In this document: positions 39,547 through 53,155 of the stretch, piece by piece
Position numbering within the stretch: the stretch's first letter is position 1
Layout of the letters: each line of letters begins with the position of its first letter
Assembly (NCBI GenBank): GCA_025458245.1
Contig: JALOSW010000006.1
Span: 2,115-66,114, forward strand
Direction: 5' to 3'
DNA: 64,000 nt
From: Burkholderiales bacterium
GTDB taxonomy: Bacteria; Pseudomonadota; Gammaproteobacteria; Burkholderiales; SG8-39
Made by a program: the position numbers and the translations under genes
The notes under the pieces: generated by a model
The model's database searches: none
The model's input: the letters and a program-made list of their open reading frames with translations, nothing else
What the model was told of the DNA's origin: nothing

Positions 39547-40377
39547 TCAGGCGGAGCGCGGGGCGCGGCGCATTGCGGCCGCACGCACGGCCATGAGGGG
39601 CCAGTCGAGCGCCCGGAGCACGGGGCGGTGGCGGAAGACGTCTCCGTCTACTGCCGAGAGTTTGTCGAGGATGCGCAGCCCGCCTTGGACGATCATGCGA
39701 AGCTCGAGACCGACGCGCCCGGGCAGGGAGGTCGCGAGCGGCGCGCCGGATTCTAGCATCGCCCGTGTGCGCGCCACCTCGAAGCGCATCAGGGCGCGAA
39801 ACCCGCCGCCGGTGTCTTCCGCGCCAAGCTGCGCTTCCGAGACCCCGAAGCGGTCGAGGTCTTCCTGCGGAACGTAGACGCGACCTTTGCGCCAGTCCAC
39901 GGCGAGGTCTTGCCAGAAGTTGACGAGCTGCAGCGCAGAGCAGATCGCATCCGATCGGGCGAGGTTCGGCGGGCGGGCCGCGCCGAAGAGATGCAGCAGC
40001 AGCCGTCCCACGGGGTCGGCCGAGCGCCGGCAGTAGTCGAGGACCTCGGCGAACGTCGCGTAGCGATGCTTCACGACGTCCTGGGAGAAGGCGTCCAGCA
40101 GGTCGCGAAACAGCGCGACCGGGAGCCGATGCGCACGGATGACGCCTGCGAGGTCGACAAAGAGCGGCGTATCCGGCGACGCGCCCGCTTCGATTCGGTC
40201 GAGTTCCGCACGGCACGCATCGAGTGCGGTCAGGCGCGCCGCGGCGGGCGCGTCGCCCTCGTCGGCGAGATCGTCGGCGGTCCGCGCGAATCGGTAGATG
40301 ACGCCCACGGGCAAGCGCAGCGGCTTCGGGAGCAGCAGCGAGGCGACCGGGAAGTTTTCGTAATGTCCAACGGACAT
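39547..40377 (-). CDS. hpnC: Hydroxysqualene synthase HpnC
   Basis: Shows HYENFPVAS, FARTADDLADEG and NFWQDLAVDWRKGRVYVP. I chose the start at ATG 40377. Confidence 0.85.
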   Translation of the reverse strand: MSVGHYENFPVASLLLPKPLRLPVGVIYRFARTADDLADEGDAPAAARLTALDACRAELDRIEAGASPDTPLFVDLAGVIRAHRLPVALFRDLLDAFSQDVVKHRYATFAEVLDYCRRSADPVGRLLLHLFGAARPPNLARSDAICSALQLVNFWQDLAVDWRKGRVYVPQEDLDRFGVSEAQLGAEDTGGGFRALMRFEVARTRAMLESGAPLATSLPGRVGLELRMIVQGGLRILDKLSAVDGDVFRHRPVLRALDWPLMAVRAAAMRRAPRSA

Positions 40378-40413
40378 TCGCAGGATTTTCAATGGGTTTG
40401 GGTGAAGCGCGGG

Positions 40414-40443
40414 CGACAGTATAGAGACGAAATCGAGTAGAAT
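40414..40443 (+). promoter_or_regulatory. Candidate promoter for tRNA-Leu / tig
   Basis: cGACAg lies 18 bp upstream of TAGAAT (40438-40443), and the box is about 40 nt upstream of the tRNA 5' end. Confidence 0.35.
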
Positions 40444-40482
40444 CGGCGGCAAGCGTCGCGGCGCAACGCGCCGCGCCCCCGT

Positions 40483-40567
<85 letters not shown>

Positions 40568-40594
40568 CTTCCACAACGACATCGGAACCGATTG

Positions 40595-41899
40595 ATGCAG
40601 ACGACGATTGAGACGCTCGGCCAGCTCGAGCGCCGTATGACCATGGCGGTGCCCGCCGCCGAAATCGAGCGCAAGGTCGGCGAGCGGCTGAAGCGGCTCG
40701 CGCGGACGGTGAAGATGGCGGGCTTCCGGCCCGGCAAGGTGCCGCTCAAGATCGTGGAGCAGCAGTACGGCCCGCAAGTGCGGTCCGAGGTGATCGGCGA
40801 CGCCATCGAGCAGGCCTTCTCGGAAGCGGTGCGCGGCCAGAACCTGCGCGTCGCGGGTTATCCCCGCATCGAGCCGAAGCAGGGCGGGAGCGCCGAGCAA
40901 CTCGAGTTCAGCGCGACGTTCGAGGTGTATCCCGAAGTGAAGGTAGGCGACATCGGGCAGGCGAGCGTCGAGCGTCAGGTGCTCGCGGTGGGCGACGCGG
41001 AAGTGGACCAGACGATCGAGGTGCTTCGCAAGCAGCGGCGCAGCTTCGCGCCGGTCGAGCGGCCCGCCGCCGAGGGCGACCGCGTCACGATCGACTTCAC
41101 CGGGACCCTGGATGGCGCCGAGTTCCAGGGCGGCAAGGGAACGGATGCCGCGTTCGTGCTCGGCGAAGGCCGGATGCTTCCGGACTTCGAGAAGGCGGTG
41201 ACCGGCGTCGCAGCCGGCGCAACGAAGACGTTCGATCTGCGGTTCCCGGACGACTACGGCGGCAAGGACGTCGCCGGGAAGACGGCGGTATTCGAGGTCG
41301 CGGTGAAGAAAGTCGAGGCGCCTGCGCTGCCGGAACTCGACGGCGACTTCGCGCGGTCGCTGGGCGTCGCCGACGGCGACGTGGCGAAGATGCGCACCGA
41401 GGTGAAGGCGAACGTCGAGCGCGAAGTCAAGAAGCGCCTGGGCGACGATCTCAAGCAGAAGGTCATGCAGGCGCTCCTCGACAATACCCAGCTCGAGCTG
41501 CCGAAGTCGCTCGTCGACATGGAACTGCAGCGGCTCGTGAACGGTGCCCGCGCCGATCTGGAAGCGCGCGGCCTGAAAATGGAGAACGTGCCGCTCGATC
41601 CGACGCTCTTCGAGGCCCAGGCGAAGCGGCGCGTCTCGCTCGGACTGATCATCGCCGAGCTGATGAAGTCGAAGGGTCTCGCCGCCAAGCCGGAGCAGGT
41701 CCGCGCCCTCGTCGAGGAGCAGGCCGCAAGCTATGAGCAGCCCGACGAGGTGGTAAAATGGTTTTATTCTCAACCGGATCGGATCGCCGAGTTCGAAGCG
41801 CTCGCGCTGGAGCAGAACGTGGTCGAGTGGGTGCTCGGCCAGGCGCGGGTCAGCGAGAAGCCGGTTGCGTTCGACGAACTGATGGGTAAGGGAGCATGA
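40595..41899 (+). CDS. tig: Trigger factor
   Basis: Shows [17 protein letters not shown] and GFRPGKVP, plus a PPIase domain. The ORF-track start at 40538 would overlap the tRNA. Confidence 0.95.
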   Translation: MQTTIETLGQLERRMTMAVPAAEIERKVGERLKRLARTVKMAGFRPGKVPLKIVEQQYGPQVRSEVIGDAIEQAFSEAVRGQNLRVAGYPRIEPKQGGSAEQLEFSATFEVYPEVKVGDIGQASVERQVLAVGDAEVDQTIEVLRKQRRSFAPVERPAAEGDRVTIDFTGTLDGAEFQGGKGTDAAFVLGEGRMLPDFEKAVTGVAAGATKTFDLRFPDDYGGKDVAGKTAVFEVAVKKVEAPALPELDGDFARSLGVADGDVAKMRTEVKANVEREVKKRLGDDLKQKVMQALLDNTQLELPKSLVDMELQRLVNGARADLEARGLKMENVPLDPTLFEAQAKRRVSLGLIIAELMKSKGLAAKPEQVRALVEEQAASYEQPDEVVKWFYSQPDRIAEFEALALEQNVVEWVLGQARVSEKPVAFDELMGKGA

Positions 41900-42561
41900 C
41901 GCGCCATTTCCGCGACCCGCACGCCGGCCATGCCGCTTCCATGCCCTCGGAGCCGCAGGGCCTCGGCCTCGTGCCGATGGTCATCGAGCAGTCCGGCCGC
42001 GGCGAGCGCGCCTACGACATCTACTCGCGGCTGCTCAAGGAGCGGGTCGTGTTCCTCGTCGGCCCGGTCAACGAGGTCACGGCGAACCTGATCGTCGCGC
42101 AGCTCCTCTTCCTCGAGTCCGAGAATCCGGACAAGGACATCTCGTTCTATATCAACAGCCCGGGCGGTTCGGTCACCGCCGGCATGGCGATCTACGACAC
42201 CATGCAGTTCATCAAGCCGGACGTCTCGACGCTATGCATCGGGCAGGCGGCGAGCATGGGCGCGCTGCTCCTGACGGCGGGCGCCAAGGGCAAGCGCTAC
42301 TGCCTGCCGAACTCGCGCGTGATGATCCATCAGCCCATGGGCGGCTTCCAAGGACAGGCGTCGGACATCGAGATCCACGCCCGCGAAATCCTGTTCCTCA
42401 AAGAGAAGCTCAACCAGATCATGGCCAGGCACACGGGCCAGACAGTCGAAAAGATCGCCCGCGACACGGATCGGGACAACTTCCTTTCCGCGGACGAGGC
42501 CAAAGAGTATGGTCTCGTCGACCGGATCCTCTCCTCCCGGACCGAGCCGGTGGCGGCGTAA
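41896..42561 (+). CDS. clpP: ATP-dependent Clp protease proteolytic subunit
   Basis: Shows [30 protein letters not shown] (Ser) and MIHQP (His). The SD AAGGGAG precedes ATG 41896, which overlaps the tig stop. Confidence 0.95.
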   Translation: MTRHFRDPHAGHAASMPSEPQGLGLVPMVIEQSGRGERAYDIYSRLLKERVVFLVGPVNEVTANLIVAQLLFLESENPDKDISFYINSPGGSVTAGMAIYDTMQFIKPDVSTLCIGQAASMGALLLTAGAKGKRYCLPNSRVMIHQPMGGFQGQASDIEIHAREILFLKEKLNQIMARHTGQTVEKIARDTDRDNFLSADEAKEYGLVDRILSSRTEPVAA

Positions 42562-42581
42562 CGCGCGGAGTACCCGAGCCC

Positions 42582-43792
<1,211 letters not shown>

Positions 43793-43832
43793 GCCTCCCC
43801 GCCAAAAGGTGCCGGGCGCCCGGGGCCCGTCG

Positions 43833-43860
43833 CTTGATTTGCGCGGCGTCGTCCCCATAA
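43833..43860 (+). promoter_or_regulatory. Sigma32-type heat-shock promoter for lon
   Basis: CTTGAT-N14-CCCCATAA matches the consensus CTTGAA-N13-15-CCCCATnT. It lies about 37 nt upstream of ATG 43897. Confidence 0.5.
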
Positions 43861-43896
43861 TCCTCTCTACCTCTCCCCACCACGGGTGGATCCGCC

Positions 43897-46329
<2,433 letters not shown>

Positions 46330-46349
46330 GGGGCTGCTCGGGTCCGTGC

Positions 46350-46385
46350 ACGCCGGCCGCGACGCGCTCGCCGCCGGCGTTTCTC
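46350..46385 (+). terminator. Possible lon terminator hairpin
   Basis: ACGCCGGC-N15-GCCGGCGT forms an 8-bp stem, followed by TTTCT. The U-tract is weak. Confidence 0.35.
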
Positions 46386-46438
46386 ATGTCGGCTGTCGTC
46401 GTCGCCCGACGCGGCGCCGGTGCCGCCGGTCCCGTGGC

Positions 46439-46467
46439 TTGACCCGACAGGATGCGGTTGCTATATA
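46439..46467 (+). promoter_or_regulatory. Sigma70-type promoter for hupB
   Basis: TTGACC-N17-TATATA, with the SD GGAGGG (46511-46516) and the GTG start at 46520. Confidence 0.45.
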
Positions 46468-46519
46468 AACCGGTCGCGGCCCGCAGCGTCCGCACGCAAC
46501 GCAAGAATGGGGAGGGAAC

Positions 46520-46792
46520 GTGAACAAAGCCGAGATGATCGAGTACATCGCCAAGTCGGCCGACATTTCCAAGGCCGCCGCGCAGCGCGCGCTCGACGCC
46601 ACTGTCGCGAGCATCAAGACTTCGTTGAAAAAAGGCAACGAGGTCACGCTCGTCGGCTTCGGCACGTTCTACGTCGGCAAGCGTGCCGCGCGCGCAGGGC
46701 GCAACCCCCGCACCGGGGACGCGATCAAGATCAGCGCTGCCCGCGTGCCGAAGTTTCGCCCTGGCAAAGCGCTGCGGGATGCGCTAAACTAG
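46520..46792 (+). CDS. hupB: DNA-binding protein HU-beta
   Basis: Shows [37 protein letters not shown]. It is 90 aa. Confidence 0.9.
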   Translation: MNKAEMIEYIAKSADISKAAAQRALDATVASIKTSLKKGNEVTLVGFGTFYVGKRAARAGRNPRTGDAIKISAARVPKFRPGKALRDALN

Positions 46793-46835
46793 CGGGCCTT
46801 TCTCGGTGCTGCCGGTCTTGCCGGCGGCGACGGAA

Positions 46836-46911
46836 GGGTGCTTAGCTCAGGTGGTAGAGCGTCGCCCTTACAAGGCGAATGTCGGCGGTTCGATCCCGTC
46901 AGCACCCACCA
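46836..46911 (+). tRNA. tRNA-Val (anticodon TAC)
   Basis: The acceptor stem GGGTGCT/AGCACCC pairs. It has TAGCTCAGGTGGTAGAGC, the anticodon loop CTTACAA, GGTTCGATCCC and an encoded CCA. Confidence 0.9.
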
Positions 46912-46926
46912 GGGCATCGTGTGCGA

Positions 46927-47003
46927 GGAGTGGTAGTTCAGTCGGTTAGAATACCGGCCTGTCACGCCGGGGGTCGCGGGTTCGAGTCCCGTCCACTCCG
47001 CCA
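46927..47003 (+). tRNA. tRNA-Asp (anticodon GTC)
   Basis: The acceptor stem GGAGTGG/CCACTCC pairs. The anticodon loop is CTGTCAC. It has GGTTCGAGTCCC and an encoded CCA. Confidence 0.9.
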
Positions 47004-47010
47004 AGTCCCG

Positions 47011-47036
47011 AAGGCGAACGCAAGTTCGCCTTTTTT
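47011..47036 (+). terminator. Rho-independent terminator after the tRNA pair
   Basis: AAGGCGAAC-gcaa-GTTCGCCTT stem-loop, running into TTTTTT. Confidence 0.6.
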
Positions 47037-47127
47037 ATTGATCCACCTTCCGTCGCGATCGCGACCGCGCCCGTCTGGGGCAAGGCAGCGAGACGGCGAA
47101 CGGTAGGGAACGAATCCGGACCCAGCC

Positions 47128-49023
47128 ATGTTCGATTTCGTCCGCAAGCACAAGCGCCTGATGCAGGTGATCCTGGCGCTCGTCATCCTGCCATTCGCGT
47201 TCTTCGGAGTGGAGTCGTACCAGCGCTACTTCGGCCTCGCCAACGAGGTTGCCGAAGTCGACGGCTCGCCGATCGGCGTGGTCGAGTTCAACCAGGCCTT
47301 GGAGCGCCAGAAGGAGCAGTTGCGCGCGGTCCTCGGCCAGAACGTGGATAGCGCGCTGCTCGATACGCCGACCGCGCGCGAGGAACTGCTCGACCAGCTG
47401 ATCACCCAGCGCGTGCTGCAGCTCTACGCGGCGAAGCGCAACCTCGGCGTGAGCGACGCCGCGCTGCGGGACACCATTCTCGCCATCCCCGCGTTCCAGG
47501 AGAACGGCGCCTTCTCGAAGGAGCGCTACGAGCAGCTCCTGCGCGGCCAGAATCTCACGCCGCCCGCGTTCGAAGCGCTGCTGCGGCAGGACCTCACGCT
47601 CCAGCAGGTCGCCGCGGGGATCGCCGATTCCGGCTTCGTCGCGAAAGCCGCGGCGCGGGACTTCGCGGCGCTGCGGTCGCAACAGCGCGAGGTCGCCGAC
47701 ATGGTCTTTGCTCCGGCGCAGTTCGCGCCGCAGATCAAGATCACGAAAGAGATGGTGGAGAAGTTCTACGCCGACAACCGCAAGGACTTCGAGGTGCCGG
47801 AGCAGGTCCGCGTCGAGTACGTCGTGCTCTCCCCCGAGACGCTCGCGGTCGGCGGCGGAATTTCCGCGGACGAGGCGAAAGCGTGGTACCAGCAGCACTT
47901 GGCGCAGTACCAGCAGCCCGAGCAGCGGCAGGCGAGCCACATCCTGTTCGCGGCCGGGCCCGACGAAAAGGGGCGTGCCGCGGCGCGCAAGCAGGCCGAA
48001 GACGCCGTTAAGGAGTTGCGCGCCAACCCGGCGAAGTTCGCGGAGCTCGCGAGAACCCGCTCGCAGGATCCCGGCTCGGCCGCGCAGGGCGGCGACCTCG
48101 GCATGTTCGCCCGCGGCGCGATGGTGAAGCCGTTCGAGGACGCCGTGTTCTCGCTGAAGCCGAACCAGGTGAGCGACCCGGTAGAGACGGAGTTCGGCTT
48201 CCACGTCATCAAGGTGACCGGCGTTCGGGCCGAGAGCACCGTGCCCTTCGAGGAGGCACGCCCGGCGATCGAGAAGGATCTCGCCAGGCAGCGTGCCGGC
48301 AAGCAGTTCGCGGAAGCGGCCGAGGCGTTCTCGAACCTCGCCTACGAGCAGCCCGACAGCCTGAAGCCGCTCGTCGAGAAGTTCAAGCTTCAGCCGCAGA
48401 CGAGCGGCTGGATCTCGAGAGGCGCCGCGCAGGGGCAGGGCCCGCTGGCGAACCCGAAACTGCTGGCGGCCGTGTTCGGAGGCGACGCGATCAAGGAAAA
48501 GCGCAATACCGAGGCGCTCGAGATCGGTCCGAGCACGCTCGCGGTGGCGCGGGTCGTCGATCACCGTCCGGCGACGCTGCGTCCGCTCGCCGAGGTCCGC
48601 GCGGAAGTCGAGGCGCGCGTGCGCGAGCAGGAGGCGCTCGCGGCGGCGCAGAAGGCGGCAAACGAGCGGCTCGACGCGCTGCGCGCCGGAAAGGCGGGCG
48701 AAGTGAAGTGGAGCGCACCGCGGCTCGTGAGTCGCGAGAACCCCGCCGGGCTGCCGGCCGGTGCCGTGCGCCAGGTGTTCCAGGTCGACCCGGCGACGGT
48801 TCCCGCCTACGTGGCGTCCGATCTCGGCCCGGGAGGCTATGCGATCTTTCGCGTGAGCCGCGTCGTCGATGCAAGCGGCGTCGACGAGTCGCGGATGCGG
48901 ACCGCCGAAGCGGGGCTCGCGCGAATCGCGTCAGGCGCGGAATATCAGGCGTTCGTGAACGCGCTGAAGGGCCGCGCGAAGGTCGAAATCAACCGGGAAA
49001 ACCTGCAGCGCAAGGGCGGCTGA
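47128..49023 (+). CDS. ppiD: Periplasmic chaperone / peptidyl-prolyl isomerase PpiD
   Basis: The N-terminal TM anchor is MFDFVRKHKRLMQVILALVILPFAFFG. The parvulin region is ASHILF...GGDLGMFARGAMVKPFEDAVF...FGFHVIKV. Confidence 0.9.
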   Translation: MFDFVRKHKRLMQVILALVILPFAFFGVESYQRYFGLANEVAEVDGSPIGVVEFNQALERQKEQLRAVLGQNVDSALLDTPTAREELLDQLITQRVLQLYAAKRNLGVSDAALRDTILAIPAFQENGAFSKERYEQLLRGQNLTPPAFEALLRQDLTLQQVAAGIADSGFVAKAAARDFAALRSQQREVADMVFAPAQFAPQIKITKEMVEKFYADNRKDFEVPEQVRVEYVVLSPETLAVGGGISADEAKAWYQQHLAQYQQPEQRQASHILFAAGPDEKGRAAARKQAEDAVKELRANPAKFAELARTRSQDPGSAAQGGDLGMFARGAMVKPFEDAVFSLKPNQVSDPVETEFGFHVIKVTGVRAESTVPFEEARPAIEKDLARQRAGKQFAEAAEAFSNLAYEQPDSLKPLVEKFKLQPQTSGWISRGAAQGQGPLANPKLLAAVFGGDAIKEKRNTEALEIGPSTLAVARVVDHRPATLRPLAEVRAEVEARVREQEALAAAQKAANERLDALRAGKAGEVKWSAPRLVSRENPAGLPAGAVRQVFQVDPATVPAYVASDLGPGGYAIFRVSRVVDASGVDESRMRTAEAGLARIASGAEYQAFVNALKGRAKVEINRENLQRKGG

Positions 49024-49067
49024 GAGGCCGCTCGCCGGCGCAACGCCGTTCGGCCGGGGGCGGCCGC

Positions 49068-49871
49068 TCAGCCCTCGGGGTCGGACGTGTCGAGGATGCC
49101 GCCCATCACGGTGTTGAATCCGGAGTCGACGTAGGTGATCTCCCCGGTCATGCCTGCGGCGAGATCCGAGAGGAGGAATGCCGCGACGTTGCCCACGTCG
49201 TCGATGGTCACGTTCCGGCGCAGCGGCGCGTGCTGCTCGACGAACGCCGTGATCCGGCTGAAGCCGGAGATTCCGGCCGCAGCGAGCGTCTTGATGGGCC
49301 CCGCGGAGATCCCGTTGACCCGGATGCCTTTCGGACCGACGCTCGACGCAAGATAGCGCACCACCGCCTCGAGGCTCGCCTTCGCGACACCCATCGTGTT
49401 GTAGTGCGGCACCACGCGATCGGCGCCGAGGTACGTGAGCGTGACCATCGCGCCGGAGCGCCCGAGCATCATCGGCAGCGCGGCTTTCCCGAGGGCCGCA
49501 AAGCTGTAGCTCGAGACGTCGTGGGCGATGCGAAACGCCTCGCGGGATACGCCGTCCACGAAATCCCCGGCGATCGCCTCGCGCGGCGCGAAGGCAATCG
49601 CGTGTACGAGTCCGTCCAGACCGTCCCAGCGCGCACGCAGCCCGGCGAACAGCGCGTCGATCTCGGCATCGACGGTCACGTCGAGCGGGAACACGAGGTC
49701 CGAACCGACCTCCGCCGCCATCTCGGTCACGCGCTCGCGGAACCGTTCGTTCTGGTAGGTCAACGCGATTTCGGCACCCTCGCGCCGGCAGGCGCGGGCG
49801 ATGCCCCACGCGATGGAGCGGTTCGAGATCACGCCGGTGATCAGGATCTTCTTCTTGTCGAGAAAGCCCAT
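49068..49871 (-). CDS. fabI: Enoyl-ACP reductase (NADH)
   Basis: Shows MGFLDKKKILITGV, YNTMGVAKASLE and SAGPIKTLAA. I chose the start at ATG 49871. Confidence 0.9.
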   Translation of the reverse strand: MGFLDKKKILITGVISNRSIAWGIARACRREGAEIALTYQNERFRERVTEMAAEVGSDLVFPLDVTVDAEIDALFAGLRARWDGLDGLVHAIAFAPREAIAGDFVDGVSREAFRIAHDVSSYSFAALGKAALPMMLGRSGAMVTLTYLGADRVVPHYNTMGVAKASLEAVVRYLASSVGPKGIRVNGISAGPIKTLAAAGISGFSRITAFVEQHAPLRRNVTIDDVGNVAAFLLSDLAAGMTGEITYVDSGFNTVMGGILDTSDPEG

Positions 49872-49967
49872 GGCGGCTCCGGGGTGAAATGTGGCGCGAT
49901 TATAGCCCGGCCCTTCCGCGCAGCCGACAGGCGGACGCGCTTCGCGCATCCGCTACACTCGCACGCG

Positions 49968-52181
49968 ATGCTCGAAAGAATCCTTCGTCTGGGAATGGCG
50001 GCCGCGGTCGGCGCAGTCGCCGGGTGCGGCGACGTCTGGAACGACCCGTATCCGGCCGCCGAGCGAGGCAGCAACACGTTCTACTCGTCGTTCATCGAGC
50101 GGCCCAAGACGCTCGACCCGGCGCGATCCTACACGGCGGACGAGTGGGGTTTCACGAGCCAGGTATACGAGCCGCCGCTGCAGTATCACTACCTCAAGCG
50201 ACCCTACGAACTCGTCCCGCAGACCGCGACGGACGTGCCGCGCGCGCGCCTGTTCGACCGCGACGCCCGCGAGCTGCCCGCCGACTCCCCCCCCGATCGC
50301 GTCGCCTACAGCGAGTACGAGATCCGCATCAAACCGGGCATCCGGTATCAGCCGCACCCGGCGTTTGCCGTGGACGCGTCGGGCAAGCCGCTCTACCTCG
50401 ACCTGCCCGAGTCCGAGATCCGCAAACGCCACACCCTGGCCGACTTCGAGCAGCCCGGAACGCGCGAGCTCACCGCCGAGGACTACGTCTATCAGATCAA
50501 GCGGCTCGCGCATCCGCGCGTGAACTCGCCGATCTTCGGCCACATGAGCGAGTACATCGTGGGACTGCAGGAGCTGGGCGCCACGCTCAAGGCCGAGAAC
50601 GCGCGGCTCGCCGATCAGCATCGCGCGCGGTACGGCCCGGCGGACACGGGGCTGCCGTGGATAGACCTGCGCGACTTCCCGCTCGCGGGGGCGGAGGTGA
50701 TCGACGCGCACACGTATCGCGTACGCATCAAGGGCAAGTATCCGCAGTTCGCCTACTGGCTCGCGATGCCCTTCTTCGCGCCAATGCCGGTCGAGGCCGA
50801 CCGGTTCTACTCCCAGCGCGGGATGAACGACGGCCGCAATCTGACGCTCGACTGGTATCCGGTCGGCACCGGGCCGTACATGCTCACCGAGAACAATCCC
50901 AACGCGCGCATGGTGCTCGAGCGCAATCCGCACTTCCGCGGCGAGCCCTACCCCGCAGAGGGCGAGGCGGGCGACCGCGAGGCGGGTCTGCTCGCCGACG
51001 CCGGCAAGGCGGCGCCGTTCATCGACCGCGTTGTCTATACGCGCGAGAAGGAAGGCATCCCGTACTGGAACAAATTCCTGCAGGGCTACTACGACCAGTC
51101 GGGAATCGCATCCGATAACTTCGATCAGGCGGTGCGCATCGATCTCGACGGCGAGGCGAACCTGACGCCGGAGATGGAAGCCAGAGGGATTCGCCTGCGT
51201 ACCTCCGTGGGTACGAGCACGTTCTATCTCGCTTTCAATCACCTCGATCCGGTCGTGGGCGGGCTCTCCGAGCAGGCGCGGAAGCTGCGGCAGGCGATCT
51301 CGATCGCGGTCGACTGGGAGGAGTTCATCTCGATCTTCCAGAACGGGCGCGGCATCCCCGGCATGGGCCCGATTCCGCCCGGCATTTTCGGCTACCGCGA
51401 CGGCAAGGGCGGCGTGAACCCGGTCGTCTACGAATGGATCGACGGGAGGCCGCAGCGCAAACCGCTGGAGACCGCGAAGAGGCTCCTCGCCGAGGCCGGA
51501 TTTCCCGACGGCAGGGACGCGAAGACGGGGCAGCCCCTCGTCCTGTATCTCGACACCGTGCAACGCGGCCCGGGAGACAAGCCGCGGCTCGACTGGTACC
51601 GCCGCCAGTTCGCGAAGCTCGGCATCCAGCTCGAGATCCGCGCGACCGACTGGAATCGCTTTCAGGAGAAGATCCGCCAGGGCAACACGCAGCTCTTCTT
51701 CCTCGGCTGGAACGCTGACTACCCCGATCCGGAGAACTTCATGTTCCTGCTGAACGGGCCCCAGGCGCGCGCCAAGACGGGCGGCGAGAACGCGTCGAAC
51801 TACCAGAACCCGGAGTACGACCGCCTGTTCGAGCAGATGAAGAACATGGAGAACGGCCCGGCGCGCCAGGCCGTGATCGACCGGATGCTCGAAATCGCGC
51901 GCGAGGACGCGCCATGGGTGTGGGGATTCCATCCGAAGGAGTACGCGCTCTCCCACGACTGGCTCGCCAACGTGAAGCCCAACCAGATGGCGCGCAACGG
52001 CCTCAAGTTCTACCGCCTCGACGCGGCGCAGCGCGAAGCCGAGCGGAGCGCCTGGAACCGGCCGGTGCTGTGGCCGCTCGCGCTCGTGCTCGCAGCGATC
52101 GTGCTCGGCACGATTCCCGCGGTGCGCGCGTATCGCCGCCGGGAGCGCGCGGCCGCGCGGCCGGCGCAGAGGGCGGCGTGA
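49968..52181 (+). CDS. Family 5 ABC substrate-binding protein (YejA-like), with an N-terminal lipobox and a C-terminal hydrophobic anchor
   Basis: MLERILRLGMAAAVGAVAGCG contains the lipobox VAGC. The body has the SBP_bac_5-like sequence ERPKTLDPARSY. The tail is VLWPLALVLAAIVLGTIPAVRAYRRRER. ATG 49968 lies inside a longer spurious ORF. Confidence 0.85.
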   Translation: MLERILRLGMAAAVGAVAGCGDVWNDPYPAAERGSNTFYSSFIERPKTLDPARSYTADEWGFTSQVYEPPLQYHYLKRPYELVPQTATDVPRARLFDRDARELPADSPPDRVAYSEYEIRIKPGIRYQPHPAFAVDASGKPLYLDLPESEIRKRHTLADFEQPGTRELTAEDYVYQIKRLAHPRVNSPIFGHMSEYIVGLQELGATLKAENARLADQHRARYGPADTGLPWIDLRDFPLAGAEVIDAHTYRVRIKGKYPQFAYWLAMPFFAPMPVEADRFYSQRGMNDGRNLTLDWYPVGTGPYMLTENNPNARMVLERNPHFRGEPYPAEGEAGDREAGLLADAGKAAPFIDRVVYTREKEGIPYWNKFLQGYYDQSGIASDNFDQAVRIDLDGEANLTPEMEARGIRLRTSVGTSTFYLAFNHLDPVVGGLSEQARKLRQAISIAVDWEEFISIFQNGRGIPGMGPIPPGIFGYRDGKGGVNPVVYEWIDGRPQRKPLETAKRLLAEAGFPDGRDAKTGQPLVLYLDTVQRGPGDKPRLDWYRRQFAKLGIQLEIRATDWNRFQEKIRQGNTQLFFLGWNADYPDPENFMFLLNGPQARAKTGGENASNYQNPEYDRLFEQMKNMENGPARQAVIDRMLEIAREDAPWVWGFHPKEYALSHDWLANVKPNQMARNGLKFYRLDAAQREAERSAWNRPVLWPLALVLAAIVLGTIPAVRAYRRRERAAARPAQRAA

Positions 52182-53155
52182 CGGCTTACATCGTCAGGCG
52201 GCTGCTCTACGCGCTTCCGATTCTCGTCGGCGTCAACCTGATCACCTTCGCGCTCTTCTTCGTGGTCAACACGCCGGACGACATGGCGCGCATGCAACTC
52301 GGCGCGAAGCGTGTGACGCCCGAGGCGATCGAGAAGTGGAAAGCCGAGCGCGGCTACGATCGGCCGCTCCTCTGGAACGGCTCGGCGGCAGGCGCGGGCA
52401 AACTGACCGACACGATCTTCTTCCAGAAATCCGTGCGGCTCTTCGCGTTCGACTTCGGCAACGCCGACGACGGACGCAACATCCGCCACGAGATCGTCTC
52501 GCGCATGGTGCCGAGCCTCGCGCTCGCGATCCCGGTGTTCCTGATCGGCATCGCGGTGAACGTCACGTTCGCCATGCTCATGGCGTTCTTTCGCGCGACG
52601 TACATCGACTTCTGGGGCGTCGTGCTCGCCGTGTCGATGATGTCGATCTCGACGCTCTTCTACATCATCGGCGGCCAGTACCTGGTCTCCAAGGTGTGGA
52701 GCCTCGTGCCCATTTCGGGCTACCAGCCGGGGCTCGATTCGGCGCGGTTCGTGTTGCTGCCGGTGCTCATCGGGGTGGTGAGCGGGATCGGCGGCGGCGC
52801 GCGCTGGTACCGGACTGTCTTCCTCGAGGAGATGGGGCGCGATTACGTGCGCACCGCCCGCGCCAAGGGTCTCGCCGAGACGGCGGTACTGTTCCGCCAC
52901 GTCCTCAAGAACGCGATGATCCCCATTCTGACCGGCGCGGTCGTGGTGATCCCGCTCCTGTTCATGGGCAGCCTGCTCGCCGAGTCGTTTTTCGGGATCC
53001 CGGGGCTGGGGAGCTACACCATCGACGCGATCCAGGCGCAGGACTTCGCCGTCGTGCGGTCGATGGTGTTCCTCGGGTCGTTTCTCTATATCGTCGGCCT
53101 CGTCCTGACCGACATCTCCTACACCCTGGTCGACCCACGGGTGCGCTTCGAATGA
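52178..53155 (+). CDS. ABC peptide-type transporter permease (YejB-like)
   Basis: Shows YIVRRLLYALPILVGVNLITFALFF and the EAA-like region YVRTARAKGL. GTG 52178 overlaps the upstream stop (GTGA). Confidence 0.85.
   Translation: MTAYIVRRLLYALPILVGVNLITFALFFVVNTPDDMARMQLGAKRVTPEAIEKWKAERGYDRPLLWNGSAAGAGKLTDTIFFQKSVRLFAFDFGNADDGRNIRHEIVSRMVPSLALAIPVFLIGIAVNVTFAMLMAFFRATYIDFWGVVLAVSMMSISTLFYIIGGQYLVSKVWSLVPISGYQPGLDSARFVLLPVLIGVVSGIGGGARWYRTVFLEEMGRDYVRTARAKGLAETAVLFRHVLKNAMIPILTGAVVVIPLLFMGSLLAESFFGIPGLGSYTIDAIQAQDFAVVRSMVFLGSFLYIVGLVLTDISYTLVDPRVRFE

Noticed and set aside
46836-47040. The tRNA-Val/tRNA-Asp pair as a possible integration hotspot or genomic-island boundary.
   Set aside because: There is no integrase, no direct repeat of a tRNA 3' end and no compositional break. 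A terminator and the conserved ppiD follow immediately, matching the standard lon-hupB-tRNA-ppiD synteny.
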